From NCBI GenBank assembly GCA_027623675.1, contig JAQBVF010000008.1, positions 1 to 64,000 of the forward strand: a stretch of 64,000 nt of DNA, in the 5' to 3' direction. Below are positions 49,888 through 59,631 of the stretch, in pieces. This DNA is from Chloroflexota bacterium. Lineage in GTDB: Bacteria; Chloroflexota; Dehalococcoidia; Lucifugimonadales; UBA3495. Below the pieces are notes generated by a model. That model was not told the origin of the DNA and made no database searches. It saw only the letters and a list, made by a program, of their open reading frames with translations. The translations under genes and the position numbers were made by a program. Each line of letters begins with the position of its first letter. Within the stretch, counting starts at the first letter, position 1.

Positions 49888-51315
49888 TCAAATCACCAGG
49901 CGTACTGGGTTCTCCAATAGGTTCTTGATCTCCACCAGGAACTGGGCTGCCTCCGCTCCGTCGGCCACGCGGTGGTCCGTGGAGAGGGTTGCTTTCATCA
50001 TCTGGGCCACGGCCAACTCGCCGCCACGGACAACCGGCTGTTCCTTCACCGTGCCAACCGCCAGCACCGCCGCGTGGGGCGGGAAGATGATGGCGGTGAA
50101 GCTTTCGACATCGAACATACCCAGATTGCTCACGCTGAAGGTGGTTCCCGAGTATTCGTCGTTGCGCAGTGTGCCGTTGTTGGCCCTGGCAACCAGGTCG
50201 CGGCTGGCGGCGGCGATCTGCACCAGGCTCTTGTTCTCGCACTCGTTGATGCCCGGCACGATCAGCCCGGACTCCAGGGCGATGGCGATGCCTACGTTGA
50301 TGGACGCATTCATCTGAAGGTGGTCGTCCCGAAAGAAGGAATTGAATTTGGGGTGGCGTCCGATGGCGATGGCCGACGCCTTAACTATGAGGTCGTTCAC
50401 GCTGACCCGGCTGTCGGCGTCCACTGCGTCGTTGATGTCCCGCCGGAAGGACATGGCCTTGGTCATGTCTATGTCCACGACGACGTAGAAGTGGGGCGCC
50501 TCCCGCTTGCTGTCCACCGTGACCCGGGCGATTGCCTGACGCATCCGCGAAAGCTCCACCCTCTCGGATGTCATCGTTGCAGCCGCCGCGGCAGTTGCCC
50601 CGGAATGCGGGGCGGAGACTTCCGGTTGCTCGACGCGCTCCGGGACGTCCGCTTCGACGATACGGCCGCCAGGGCCGGTCCCGGTCAGGGTTGATAGATG
50701 TATCCCCCGTTCCTTCGCCAAACGGCGGGCCAGGGGCGATGCCCGGAATGCCCATTCCGATTCCGGCGGGGCTCCGGCAGGCGCCGGCCCTCCCACGGAA
50801 GCAGGGATGTCCGCCTCGGTTACGCGGCCGCCGGGGCCGGAACCCGCGATCGTCGAAAGGTCTATCCCGCGCTCTTCAGCCAACCGCCGGGCCAGGGGCG
50901 ACGCCCGGACTTCGCCGTTAGACGCGGCGGATACCGCCGAAGCTGGTGTTGCCGCCGGTTGAGCGTCGGCTGGAATCTGCCATTCTTCAGTGCCAGCCAA
51001 TGCTTCAGTTGGTGCTTTTGTTGGTGCTCCAGCGGAAGCGCCCGACTCCCCAAGCAGATCGGCTGGGACCGCTTCACCCGGTGCCGTTAGCACGGCGATG
51101 AGCCCGCCCACCGGTATGGAGACACCCTCTTCGGCAACGATCTTGCCCATCACGCCGCCGGTATAGGCCTCATATTCCACGGTGGCTTTGTCGGTCTCTA
51201 TCTCGGCGATGACTTCGCCCCGAGCCACGATTTCGCCCTCTTTCTTCAGCCAGCGGACCACCTTACCCTCGTGCATGTCGTAGCCCATCTGGGGCATAAC
51301 TATCGATGTGGCCAA
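49888..51315 (-). CDS. pdhC: 2-oxoacid dehydrogenase E2 (dihydrolipoamide acyltransferase) with two PSBDs
   Basis: Lipoyl ETDKA, two RASPLARRLA..GPGGR..AD units, DHRVADG; SD GGAGG before TTG 51315. Confidence 0.88.
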   Translation of the reverse strand: MATSIVMPQMGYDMHEGKVVRWLKKEGEIVARGEVIAEIETDKATVEYEAYTGGVMGKIVAEEGVSIPVGGLIAVLTAPGEAVPADLLGESGASAGAPTKAPTEALAGTEEWQIPADAQPAATPASAVSAASNGEVRASPLARRLAEERGIDLSTIAGSGPGGRVTEADIPASVGGPAPAGAPPESEWAFRASPLARRLAKERGIHLSTLTGTGPGGRIVEADVPERVEQPEVSAPHSGATAAAAATMTSERVELSRMRQAIARVTVDSKREAPHFYVVVDIDMTKAMSFRRDINDAVDADSRVSVNDLIVKASAIAIGRHPKFNSFFRDDHLQMNASINVGIAIALESGLIVPGINECENKSLVQIAAASRDLVARANNGTLRNDEYSGTTFSVSNLGMFDVESFTAIIFPPHAAVLAVGTVKEQPVVRGGELAVAQMMKATLSTDHRVADGAEAAQFLVEIKNLLENPVRLVI

Positions 51316-51424
51316 ATCTGCCTCCTGGTATGAGCGGGCATTCAACCGGCCCAGTAACGCTGCATAGATATTAATGCACCACTCGTGGCGGGGCAACCGC
51401 TGGTAATCTGAACCCGGCGCCAAC

Positions 51425-51463
51425 AAAAAAACACGGGAGCGAAACTTGGTCCGCTCCCGTGTT
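51425..51463 (-). terminator. Intrinsic terminator after korB
   Basis: aacacgggagcg/cgctcccgtgtt stem followed by a T-run on the minus strand. Confidence 0.75.
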
Positions 51464-51501
51464 CGGCGCCAATCTAGGTTTACAAGTTCAGTGGCCGACG
51501 G

Positions 51502-52389
51502 CTACATCATCCGGTCGATGATTTTCTGCGCCTCGCCCTTGTCCAGTCCCAGGGGCCGCATGGAAAGGGGTCCGCCGCCCTTGGCCAACACCGGTTCCAC
51601 TTCCTCCAACGAGGACCGGTTTCCCTCGAAGAACACACCGGTGTAGATGGTGTCACCGAACAGCATGGCCTTCTCACACGCAGTCTTCCAGTCGCTGGTG
51701 TCGTGTTGCTCGTCTTCCAGCTTCTTGACCCGCTCCTTGAAGAAGTCGTGGGTGTTGTTAAGGTTGAATGTCACGCAGGGGCTGAACACGTCGATTATGG
51801 AGAATCCCTTGTGCTTGATGCCCTGCTGAATCAGGCTTGAAAGATGCCGTACGTCGCCGCTGTAGGCGCGGGCCACGAACGTCGCGCCGTTCATGATCGC
51901 TGACGTTATCGGATTGATCGGCTGTTCCACGTTGCCAAACGGGGTGCTCTTGCTCGTCATCCCCAAACTGCTGGTGGGAGATATCTGGCCGGTGGTCAAC
52001 CCGTAGATCTGGTTGTTCATCACAACGTAGGTCAGGTCGGTGTTGCGCCGGGCGGTGTGGGTAAAGTGGTTCCCGCCGATGCCATACCCATCGCCGTCGC
52101 CGCCGGTAACCAGCACCGTCATCTCATGGTTGGCCATCTTGACGCCGGTGGCCATCGCCAGAGACCGGCCGTGGAGGGTATGCATTCCATAGGCGTTGAA
52201 GTATCCCGGCAGGTTGGATGAACAACCGATGCCGCTGACCGCCATAATCTCATGGGGGCGCATCCCAAGTTCCGCGACGGCCCGCTGGATCGCGTTAAGA
52301 ACTCCAAAGTCTCCGCAACCCGGGCACCAGTCTGGGTCAGTCTTGCCTTTGAAATCTCTTGGCGTAAGGTTTATCGCTGTGGTCGCCAT
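51502..52389 (-). CDS. korB: 2-oxoacid:ferredoxin oxidoreductase beta subunit
   Basis: WCPGCGD, GIGCSS, LHGR, GDGD..NN, SPCVTFN. Confidence 0.93.
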   Translation of the reverse strand: MATTAINLTPRDFKGKTDPDWCPGCGDFGVLNAIQRAVAELGMRPHEIMAVSGIGCSSNLPGYFNAYGMHTLHGRSLAMATGVKMANHEMTVLVTGGDGDGYGIGGNHFTHTARRNTDLTYVVMNNQIYGLTTGQISPTSSLGMTSKSTPFGNVEQPINPITSAIMNGATFVARAYSGDVRHLSSLIQQGIKHKGFSIIDVFSPCVTFNLNNTHDFFKERVKKLEDEQHDTSDWKTACEKAMLFGDTIYTGVFFEGNRSSLEEVEPVLAKGGGPLSMRPLGLDKGEAQKIIDRMM

Positions 52390-52480
52390 GTTGTCACCTC
52401 TCTGCGCGCCGGTTCCTATCTATGTCCGGGACGATGCCCCAGCTATAGGACGGCAAAACAGTTGATTCCTGATTGGTCTG

Positions 52481-54259
52481 CTAGACGGTGATCTCCTGGT
52501 AGGGAACGTATTTATTGGTCTCGCCCCCTATCTGGGCCTTCACCCCGTCCACGATATGGTGGGGCATGAAGGGTTCGCCGTCGTACTTGCGGATATGACC
52601 ATCCGCCGCGAACCCGGTCTCGCTCCGCAGATAGCGGGCGAACTGACCCGAGTAGTTATTCTCTACTATGATGGTCCGCTTGGCCTTGGACAATATCTCC
52701 AAGATCTGATCTGCGTGGAAAGGCACCATCCACTTGACCTGCAAGCGATTTGTGGAGACACCCGCCGCGTTCAGGGCGTCCGCCGCTTCGGATATTATTC
52801 CCGCCGTCGAACCCCAGCCAATCAACATGACGTCGGCGTCGGCCGGGCCCTCGAGAACCGGAGGGGCGATATCCGCCAAGATGTTGTCGAACTTCCTGGC
52901 CCGCTTCTCCACCATCGCCCGCCGCCGGTGGGGGTTGGTGAATTCGTCGCTGAGCAGGGTCGAGTCCTCGTCATGCTCGTCGGTGGCCACCAGGTGGACG
53001 TACCCTTCCAGGCCGGGCAAGGCCCTGGGGGAGATGCCGCTCTCGGTATCCTTGTAGCGAAGGAACCCATCGCCATCGGAAGGCTCAGTGATTAAGGCGC
53101 CCCGGTCTATCTTGGGGTGCATGTCAATCTTGTCCGGGTCCACGCTGAAACGCCCCTCCGAGATATAAAGATCGGAGACAACGATGGCCGGGCATTGGTA
53201 TTTATCGCTGAGGTTGAACACCTCGGGCATGGTGTTGAAGGCGTCCAGCGAGTCGGTAGGCGCGACGATTATTCGTTCAAAGTCGCCTTGGCTCGCGCCC
53301 AGGGCCTGCCACAGGTCACCCTGCTCAGTCTTGGTGGGGACGCCGGTGGACGGGCCGGCCCGCATCACGTTTATGAAAACAACCGGTATCTCCATCATGG
53401 ACGCCGCGCCGATGGCCTCGGTCATCAAAGCGAACCCACCGCCAGAGGTGGCGCACATCGACCGGGTCCCGGCCTGCCCGGCGCCGACAACCATGTTGGC
53501 GACACCGATCTCATCTTCGACCTGCCGGACCATGATGCCCAGGTTGCGGGCGTTGGAGGCCATCCAGTGCAGCACTCCCGAAGCCGGACTCATGGGGTAG
53601 GCGGCGTAGAACTTCACGCCGGCCGCCGCGCCGCCCATGGCCAAGGCATCGTTGCCCGACCACACAGCAAGCGGTTTGGCGCCAACGGGCGGCGCCTGCT
53701 CAAAGGCCGTGAAGTGTTCTTTCGCGTAATCGTATCCGGCCCTGGCGACGCTCACGTTCTCGTCAACCATCTCCTGGCCGCGGCGTTGGAACCGCAATGT
53801 CAGGCTTTCTTCCAAAACCTCGAACTCGATACCCATGAGATAGGCAGTAGCAGCCATCCCGACCGTGTTCTGGACCAGCCGGTTCCGGCTCTGGGTTAGC
53901 TCGGCAACGGGTAGGCCGCACAGGTCCGCGCCCATGTCGTCGGCCCCTGGGGTGATCGTGTCACTGTTATAGACGATCCGGGTCCCGGGTCCCATCAGGC
54001 GTTGGTGCCGGTCCATGGTGTTTTGGTTCAGGCACATCAGCAGGTCCAGCTTGTCGCCGTGATTACCGATCTCCGCGTCGCTGATCCTGATCGTTAGGAA
54101 TATGTGCCCGCCCCTGATTATCGACTGATAGGCGTTATAGGTGCACAGGTGCAGTCCCCGGCGCACGATGATCCGCGCCAATATGTCTCCGGGCGTGGCG
54201 ATTCCCTGTCCCGCCTCGCCGCCAATCGCAAGTGCGAAATCGTAAGTTCCCAACCCCAT
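52481..54259 (-). CDS. korA: 2-oxoacid:ferredoxin oxidoreductase alpha subunit (fused gamma)
   Basis: GEAGQG, YPMSPAS, EDE, TSGGGF, GPSTGVPTKTEQGD. Confidence 0.93.
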   Translation of the reverse strand: MGLGTYDFALAIGGEAGQGIATPGDILARIIVRRGLHLCTYNAYQSIIRGGHIFLTIRISDAEIGNHGDKLDLLMCLNQNTMDRHQRLMGPGTRIVYNSDTITPGADDMGADLCGLPVAELTQSRNRLVQNTVGMAATAYLMGIEFEVLEESLTLRFQRRGQEMVDENVSVARAGYDYAKEHFTAFEQAPPVGAKPLAVWSGNDALAMGGAAAGVKFYAAYPMSPASGVLHWMASNARNLGIMVRQVEDEIGVANMVVGAGQAGTRSMCATSGGGFALMTEAIGAASMMEIPVVFINVMRAGPSTGVPTKTEQGDLWQALGASQGDFERIIVAPTDSLDAFNTMPEVFNLSDKYQCPAIVVSDLYISEGRFSVDPDKIDMHPKIDRGALITEPSDGDGFLRYKDTESGISPRALPGLEGYVHLVATDEHDEDSTLLSDEFTNPHRRRAMVEKRARKFDNILADIAPPVLEGPADADVMLIGWGSTAGIISEAADALNAAGVSTNRLQVKWMVPFHADQILEILSKAKRTIIVENNYSGQFARYLRSETGFAADGHIRKYDGEPFMPHHIVDGVKAQIGGETNKYVPYQEITV

Positions 54260-54507
54260 TTGGTCCGCTCCTTCCCTTACAGTGCCCCTTCGCAGGGTTC
54301 CTTTCGCGGGGTTCCTTCCGAAGAATCTCGTTTGAAAGTTTCCCTCGGAAGTCTACCGTTGACCTTGGATGGTGCACCCGGTCTATCTATTTAATCTCTT
54401 AATCGAGTCTACCGCCAGCCGAGTGAGTCATTTAACAGCCGTATGATCGTAGCCGACGATTGCATTAGTATCATCTGCACGGTACTACATCGAGACCGGC
54501 AACGAAA

Positions 54508-55908
54508 CTACATATGGATCGTTCTGCCTTGGGCGCTCAGCGCCGCCTCTTTAAGCATCTCAGATAATGAGGGGTGGGCATGGACCGCCCAGCCCAACTC
54601 CAAGACGGTTCCCTCCAGGATCCGGGTCATGGACAGTTCGCCCAGCAACTCGGTTACTTCAGGGCCAATCATGTGGCCGCCCAGTAGTTCTCCGTATCTG
54701 GCATCGACCACCAGTTTAACCAGGCCGCCGGACTCGCCCATGGCCAGGGCCTTGCCGTTGGCCTGGACGTTGAACGTCCCCACGTTGATTTCCTTGCCCT
54801 GCTCCCGCGCCTGGGCCTCGGTCAGACCAAAACTGGCGATCTGGGGTATGCAGTAGGTGGCGCGGGGAATGTAAGTATAGTCCAAGGGCTGAGTCTCCAG
54901 GCCGGCGATGGTCTCCACGGCCACCATCCCTTGAGCGGATGCCACATGGGCCAGGGGCATCTTGCCGTTCACATCGCCGATGGCATAGATGCCGCCGACG
55001 TTGGTCGCCATTTTCTCATCGACTGTGATGCCGGTCCGGTCGGTTGCGATGCCCACGGTCTCCAATCCCAGGTCTTCCACGTTCGGCTGGATACCGATAG
55101 CCACCAGCACCTTGCCGCACTCCAGTGTCTGCGCCGTGCCGTCTTTGTCCACGGTAACCGTCACGCCGTCTCCTGAGGTGTCCACCCCGGTCACGCCGGC
55201 GCCGGTTAAGAAGTTGATGCGGTGCCGTTTGAAGGCCCGCTCCAGTTGGGCGCTAACATCTTCGTCTTCGTTGGGGACCAACCGGGGCAGCATCTCGACG
55301 ATCGTGACTTCCACACCATACATCTTATAGATATAGGCAAATTCCACGCCAATGGCCCCGCCGCCGACGATGATGATGGAAGAGGGAAGGTCGCCGAGGA
55401 CGATGGATTCGCGGCTGGTGATGATCTTTTCGCCGTCGATGGGCAGAGGGGGTATGCTGCGGGGCCGGGCGCCGGTGGCGATGATGATGTTCTTGGCCTG
55501 AATCACACCGCCTTCTGTGTTGTCGCCGGTGGGCGCCACCTCCACCTTGCCGGCCCCAACGATCTTGCCGGCGCCCTGGATGTGGTCGACCTTGTTCTTG
55601 TTCAGTAGAAAGGCCACGCCTTTGGTGTTCCGGTCGACGACCTTGCGGCTGCGGTCGATGGCTACCGAATAATCGGCATGAAAGTTGTCCATCGACAGAC
55701 CAAATTCGTCGGCCCGCTTGAAGTACGACACCACCTCGGCGTTCTTAAGCAGGGACTTGCTCGGGATGCAGCCCCAGTTCAGGCATACACCGCCAAGGGC
55801 TTCTCGCTCGATGATGGCCGTTTTCAAGCCCAATTGGCCCGCCCGGATCGCGGCCACATAGCCGCCTGGGCCGGAGCCAATCACCACCAAGTCGTAGTCA
55901 GAATCCAT
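54508..55908 (-). CDS. lpdA: Dihydrolipoyl dehydrogenase (E3)
   Basis: GSGPGG, GGVCLNWGCIPSK, GGGAIG, HAHPSLSE. Confidence 0.96.
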   Translation of the reverse strand: MDSDYDLVVIGSGPGGYVAAIRAGQLGLKTAIIEREALGGVCLNWGCIPSKSLLKNAEVVSYFKRADEFGLSMDNFHADYSVAIDRSRKVVDRNTKGVAFLLNKNKVDHIQGAGKIVGAGKVEVAPTGDNTEGGVIQAKNIIIATGARPRSIPPLPIDGEKIITSRESIVLGDLPSSIIIVGGGAIGVEFAYIYKMYGVEVTIVEMLPRLVPNEDEDVSAQLERAFKRHRINFLTGAGVTGVDTSGDGVTVTVDKDGTAQTLECGKVLVAIGIQPNVEDLGLETVGIATDRTGITVDEKMATNVGGIYAIGDVNGKMPLAHVASAQGMVAVETIAGLETQPLDYTYIPRATYCIPQIASFGLTEAQAREQGKEINVGTFNVQANGKALAMGESGGLVKLVVDARYGELLGGHMIGPEVTELLGELSMTRILEGTVLELGWAVHAHPSLSEMLKEAALSAQGRTIHM

Positions 55909-56003
55909 GTCCACCTGCGCTTCAAGTAGCCGAGGGCGGCCGAATCTTCGAGCGGCGCCGCTAACGATTCCACGGCAAGGCCCGATTTTTTACATAACTC
56001 AAG

Positions 56004-56032
56004 ATTATAGTGTCGGCCCTTTATGTATACAA
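56004..56032 (-). promoter_or_regulatory. Sigma70-type promoter for lpdA
   Basis: TTGTAT-17-TATAAT on the minus strand. Confidence 0.7.
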
Positions 56033-56296
56033 TATATATCATGCCTCGCATTCGACGCCTAGGATACGACACCGCATTGCTACTCACACCAGGGACCGAT
56101 CACGGTCAGAGTCGCCGGTTGCAGGCGTGAATCGTACCCGCCTTTCATTGTGGCGGCAGACGGTATCTGCTACTATCTTAGTAGAAAGAACCCGCAGGCT
56201 TGGTTAATAGAACCCGCAGGGTGATTGACGAGACGCACCGGCCCGCCGGTAGGGCCACGCTGACGCCGTTGTCAGCCGCTATCAGGAGGAAGTGAC

Positions 56297-56503
56297 ATGA
56301 GAGTCGGACCCCTGGGAATACCTGAACTGATCGCCATCTTAGTCGTGATTCTCTTGGTCTTTGGCGCACGCCGTCTGCCCGAGATTGGCACCTCCTTGGG
56401 CAAGGGGATCCGCACCTTCAAAACTGCCCTCATGGGCGAGGACGAGGTGGAAGAAGCGGAAAAGAGAACCGTGGCCAGCGGAAAAGACGACAGCGCCGCC
56501 TAA
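56297..56503 (+). CDS. tatA: Twin-arginine translocase TatA
   Basis: GIPEL..LLVFGARRLPEIGTSLGKGIRTFK; SD AGGAGG. Confidence 0.93.
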   Translation: MRVGPLGIPELIAILVVILLVFGARRLPEIGTSLGKGIRTFKTALMGEDEVEEAEKRTVASGKDDSAA

Positions 56504-56525
56504 AACGCAACAGGAACCGAAAACC

Positions 56526-56564
56526 AAAAAGGACCGGTCATCTCTGCCAGACCGGTCCTTTTTT
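56526..56564. terminator. Bidirectional intrinsic terminator between tatA and tatC
   Basis: aaaaaggaccggtc..gaccggtcctttttt. Confidence 0.9.
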
Positions 56565-56585
56565 ATTGCTCTCGTTCAGCCGGGG

Positions 56586-57338
56586 CTAAGTGGAGGTTAA
56601 CGCTTTGGACTTCCTGCGGTTTCGCCCGGCGAGGCGCGCCAGCAGTATCCCGACCTCGTAGAGCACCAGCAGCGGTCCCGCCACCAAGGCCTGGTTAACC
56701 GGGTCGACCGTCGGCGTGATGATGGCCGCCAATACGAACGCCACCACCACCCAGTACCGGCGGAACCGGGCCAGCGACCCGGCGGTTACGATGCCCAACT
56801 GGGCCAGCAGGAACATCACCAGCGGCGTCTCAAAGGCGAGTCCCATCCAGAACAGCAGCCGGATCATCAGGTTGATGATGTTACTGATCCGGATCAACGG
56901 CACGGCCACGTCGCCACCGAATGTGAGCAAGAAGTGGAGGGCCGGCGGCGTTAGTATGTAGTAGCCAAAGGCCACACCCCCGGCGAAGGCCCCGATCACG
57001 GCCGGCATGAACCCAAATAGCAGCCGTCTCTCGTGTCCGGTCAGGCCAGGCGACACAAACATCACGGCCTGGAACAGGATCACCGGCGAGGCCAACACCA
57101 AACCGCCCATCAGAGACACCTTGATGGCGGTGGTCAAAAGCTCCGTTACCTCGGTGTAGATCAACTCGCCGCCGGTGCCCACGTTCAGGTCCCGGGCCGG
57201 CCGCACCAGAATCTCGATGATCTCCTGGAAGAATACGAAGGCCACGGCGCTCCCGATCAGCACCGACAATACGCAGATGAGAACCCGCTTCCGCAGCTCA
57301 CCGATATGCTGCATGAAGGTCTGTTCGCCGGAGTTCAT
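56586..57338 (-). CDS. tatC: Twin-arginine translocase TatC
   Basis: HIGELRKR, FVSPGL..E, FETP, AIITPTVDP, LYE. Confidence 0.95.
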   Translation of the reverse strand: MNSGEQTFMQHIGELRKRVLICVLSVLIGSAVAFVFFQEIIEILVRPARDLNVGTGGELIYTEVTELLTTAIKVSLMGGLVLASPVILFQAVMFVSPGLTGHERRLLFGFMPAVIGAFAGGVAFGYYILTPPALHFLLTFGGDVAVPLIRISNIINLMIRLLFWMGLAFETPLVMFLLAQLGIVTAGSLARFRRYWVVVAFVLAAIITPTVDPVNQALVAGPLLVLYEVGILLARLAGRNRRKSKALTST

Positions 57339-57694
57339 CCCTTGCTGCTTACCCCGCCGCCGTCGTCAGATTCGCCTTCCGCCGGGCCTGCGGTGGCGGG
57401 TCCGTCTGCTCCCCCGTCTACTTTCCCGTCCTCGTTTTCCGGTGGAAGTTCCGCCCGCACGGGCACGCCCGGGGCTGCCTCAGACGAAGGTTGGCTTCCG
57501 GGCCGGGCCAAGTTCTTCTGTTCCATGGCCTCAAGGGACACGGCGCTGGTCACATCGTTGAATTGACGGCGCAGGTCGCCCAGGACCTTCCCAACGTTTC
57601 GGGCCATTTCGATGGATTTTCCGGGGCCCAGCACCAGGAACGCCACCAGCAGGATCACGCCCAACTCGGGGATGCCCATTCCCATGAAGTTCAT
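57335..57694 (-). CDS. tatB: Twin-arginine translocase TatB-like subunit
   Basis: GIPEL..LVLGP, amphipathic helix, disordered tail; ATGA overlap with tatC. Confidence 0.8.
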   Translation of the reverse strand: MNFMGMGIPELGVILLVAFLVLGPGKSIEMARNVGKVLGDLRRQFNDVTSAVSLEAMEQKNLARPGSQPSSEAAPGVPVRAELPPENEDGKVDGGADGPATAGPAEGESDDGGGVSSKG

Positions 57695-59631
57695 GGTGTG
57701 GCGCCTCCCGGTTCGTCATTGTTGATCTCGCAGTCCTCGCCGCAGATTATGTCGTCGGGCGCGGTCCAGCCCTCCGGCAGCGGGTGGCCCAACTCCCGCA
57801 GCATCTTCAACAACCGGCAGACGGGCAGTCCCACGATGTTGTTGTAGCAGCCCTGCCAGTCGGCAGCCGGCCGAAGCTCCGTGTCCTGCACGGCATAGGC
57901 CCCGGCTTTGTCTCGGGGCACGCCCGAGGCGATGGAAGCCTCGATCTCCTGATCGGTTATGTGGCGCAGCGTGATCTCGCTGGTCATGGCGGTGCTCAGG
58001 GTCCGGCCAGTTCCGGCATCAACCACGGTTAGTCCGGTGCTGACGTGGTGGGAGGTGCCGCTCAGTTGCCGCAGCATACTCCGGGCATCGTCGTCATCCA
58101 CCGGTTTGCCCACGGCCCGGCCCTCAAACACCACGGTGCTGTCGGCGCCGATAACCAGCCCCGAGGTCATGTCAGCAGCCACCGCCTGGGCCTTCTCACG
58201 CGAGAGGCGCTCGACCATCTCCTGGGGCGATTCGCCGGGTAGTTGGTCCTCGGCCAGGTCGGCCGGCTTGACGGTGAAGTCCAGACCCAACGTCTCCATC
58301 AGCTCGCGGCGGCGGGGCGATGCCGAAGCCAAGGTCAACCTGGCCGATGTGTGGCCGGCCGGATCCCCGGGATTGGACTCGCTCCTCGACAGCAGCGCCA
58401 CGCACTCGACGTGATGGGTCTGGGGGAACATGTCCAACGGCACGACCTCGTCCAGTTGATAGCCGCCATGGCACAGTATCTTCAAGTCGCGTCCCAGGGT
58501 TTCGGCATCGCAGGAGACGTAGGCCAACCGGGCCGGGGCCATCTCGACCAGGCTCTCCAGGGCGCTGGGCTGGCAGCCGGAACGGGGCGGGTCCAGCAGC
58601 ACAACGTCGGGTTTCTCGGGCAGGTGCCTCAGAACATCCTCGGTGCGGCCCAGAACGAAGTTCACGTTGGTCAGGCCGGCGGCGTTCTGTTTGGCGTCGG
58701 CCACCGCGGCCGACGATTCCTCCACGGCGATGACCCGCTTGACTGAATGCGCCAGCAGGATGGCAAAGGTGCCCACGCCGGTATAGGCGTCGAGCAGCAA
58801 ATCGTCCGGACCCAGATTCAGCCGCTCCCGGACGACATTGGCGGCGGCGGCAGCCTGGTCCACGTTCACCTGGAAGAATGACGGCGATGAAACCAGGAAG
58901 TCGCGGCCGTCCACCGACTCCGTATACCGCTTCTGGCCGGTCTTCGCCGTGATCTCGGGATGGACCAGGTACGGCTGGATCAGGTAGTCGCCCGAATACT
59001 TTCCGGCGCGGATGGAAAGCTGGGTGGTCTCGCCGCAGTGGTCCTGCAGGTCTGCCAATAGGGTATTCACGCCGTCGTGCATCAGCAGGCACCGGTCGAT
59101 GCGAACGAACCGGCGGGTCTCCCGGTTGATGAAGCCCAAAACGCCGTCGCCATCACCGTCCCACCGGGCCTTACGGCCACGTCCAGTTTTGCCGGTATCA
59201 ACGCTGCTCCCGATGGTGAAGCGGGCATGGTTTCGGTAGCCGTATTGGTCCGGGGAAGGTATTACCTCAGACACGGGAGGGTTTTCCAGACCGCCGACGC
59301 GCCGCAGGGCGTCGATCACTTTCTCGCGCTTGGTCTTCAATTGAGCGCCGTAGGAGAGGTGCTGCCATTGGCACCCGGTGCAATCGCCAACATAGGGACA
59401 GGGAGGCTCCACCCGGTCTGGCGACGCCTCCAGAACTTCAACCACCTTGGCTGAAACGTACTTGCGGTGTACCTTGACGACCTCGGCCACAACCCGCTCG
59501 CCGGGAATGCCGCCGGCGACGAACACGTCATGTCCGTCAAAATCGGCCATAGCTTCGCCCAAACGTCCCCAAGACGTTAGCGAAAGGGTGACCCGGTCCC
59601 CTTGTTGCGTGATGCGTTCGGCAATCTCCAT
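57691..59631 (-). CDS. rlmD: Fusion of 23S rRNA m5U methyltransferase (RlmD) and Maf nucleotide pyrophosphatase
   Basis: TRAM domain, CPYVGDCTGCQWQH, FFQVN, DPPRSG, YVSCD, DMFPQTHHVE, then in frame LASASPRR, GADSTV, GKP, DKAGAYAVQ, VGLP. Confidence 0.9.
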   Translation of the reverse strand: MEIAERITQQGDRVTLSLTSWGRLGEAMADFDGHDVFVAGGIPGERVVAEVVKVHRKYVSAKVVEVLEASPDRVEPPCPYVGDCTGCQWQHLSYGAQLKTKREKVIDALRRVGGLENPPVSEVIPSPDQYGYRNHARFTIGSSVDTGKTGRGRKARWDGDGDGVLGFINRETRRFVRIDRCLLMHDGVNTLLADLQDHCGETTQLSIRAGKYSGDYLIQPYLVHPEITAKTGQKRYTESVDGRDFLVSSPSFFQVNVDQAAAAANVVRERLNLGPDDLLLDAYTGVGTFAILLAHSVKRVIAVEESSAAVADAKQNAAGLTNVNFVLGRTEDVLRHLPEKPDVVLLDPPRSGCQPSALESLVEMAPARLAYVSCDAETLGRDLKILCHGGYQLDEVVPLDMFPQTHHVECVALLSRSESNPGDPAGHTSARLTLASASPRRRELMETLGLDFTVKPADLAEDQLPGESPQEMVERLSREKAQAVAADMTSGLVIGADSTVVFEGRAVGKPVDDDDARSMLRQLSGTSHHVSTGLTVVDAGTGRTLSTAMTSEITLRHITDQEIEASIASGVPRDKAGAYAVQDTELRPAADWQGCYNNIVGLPVCRLLKMLRELGHPLPEGWTAPDDIICGEDCEINNDEPGGATP

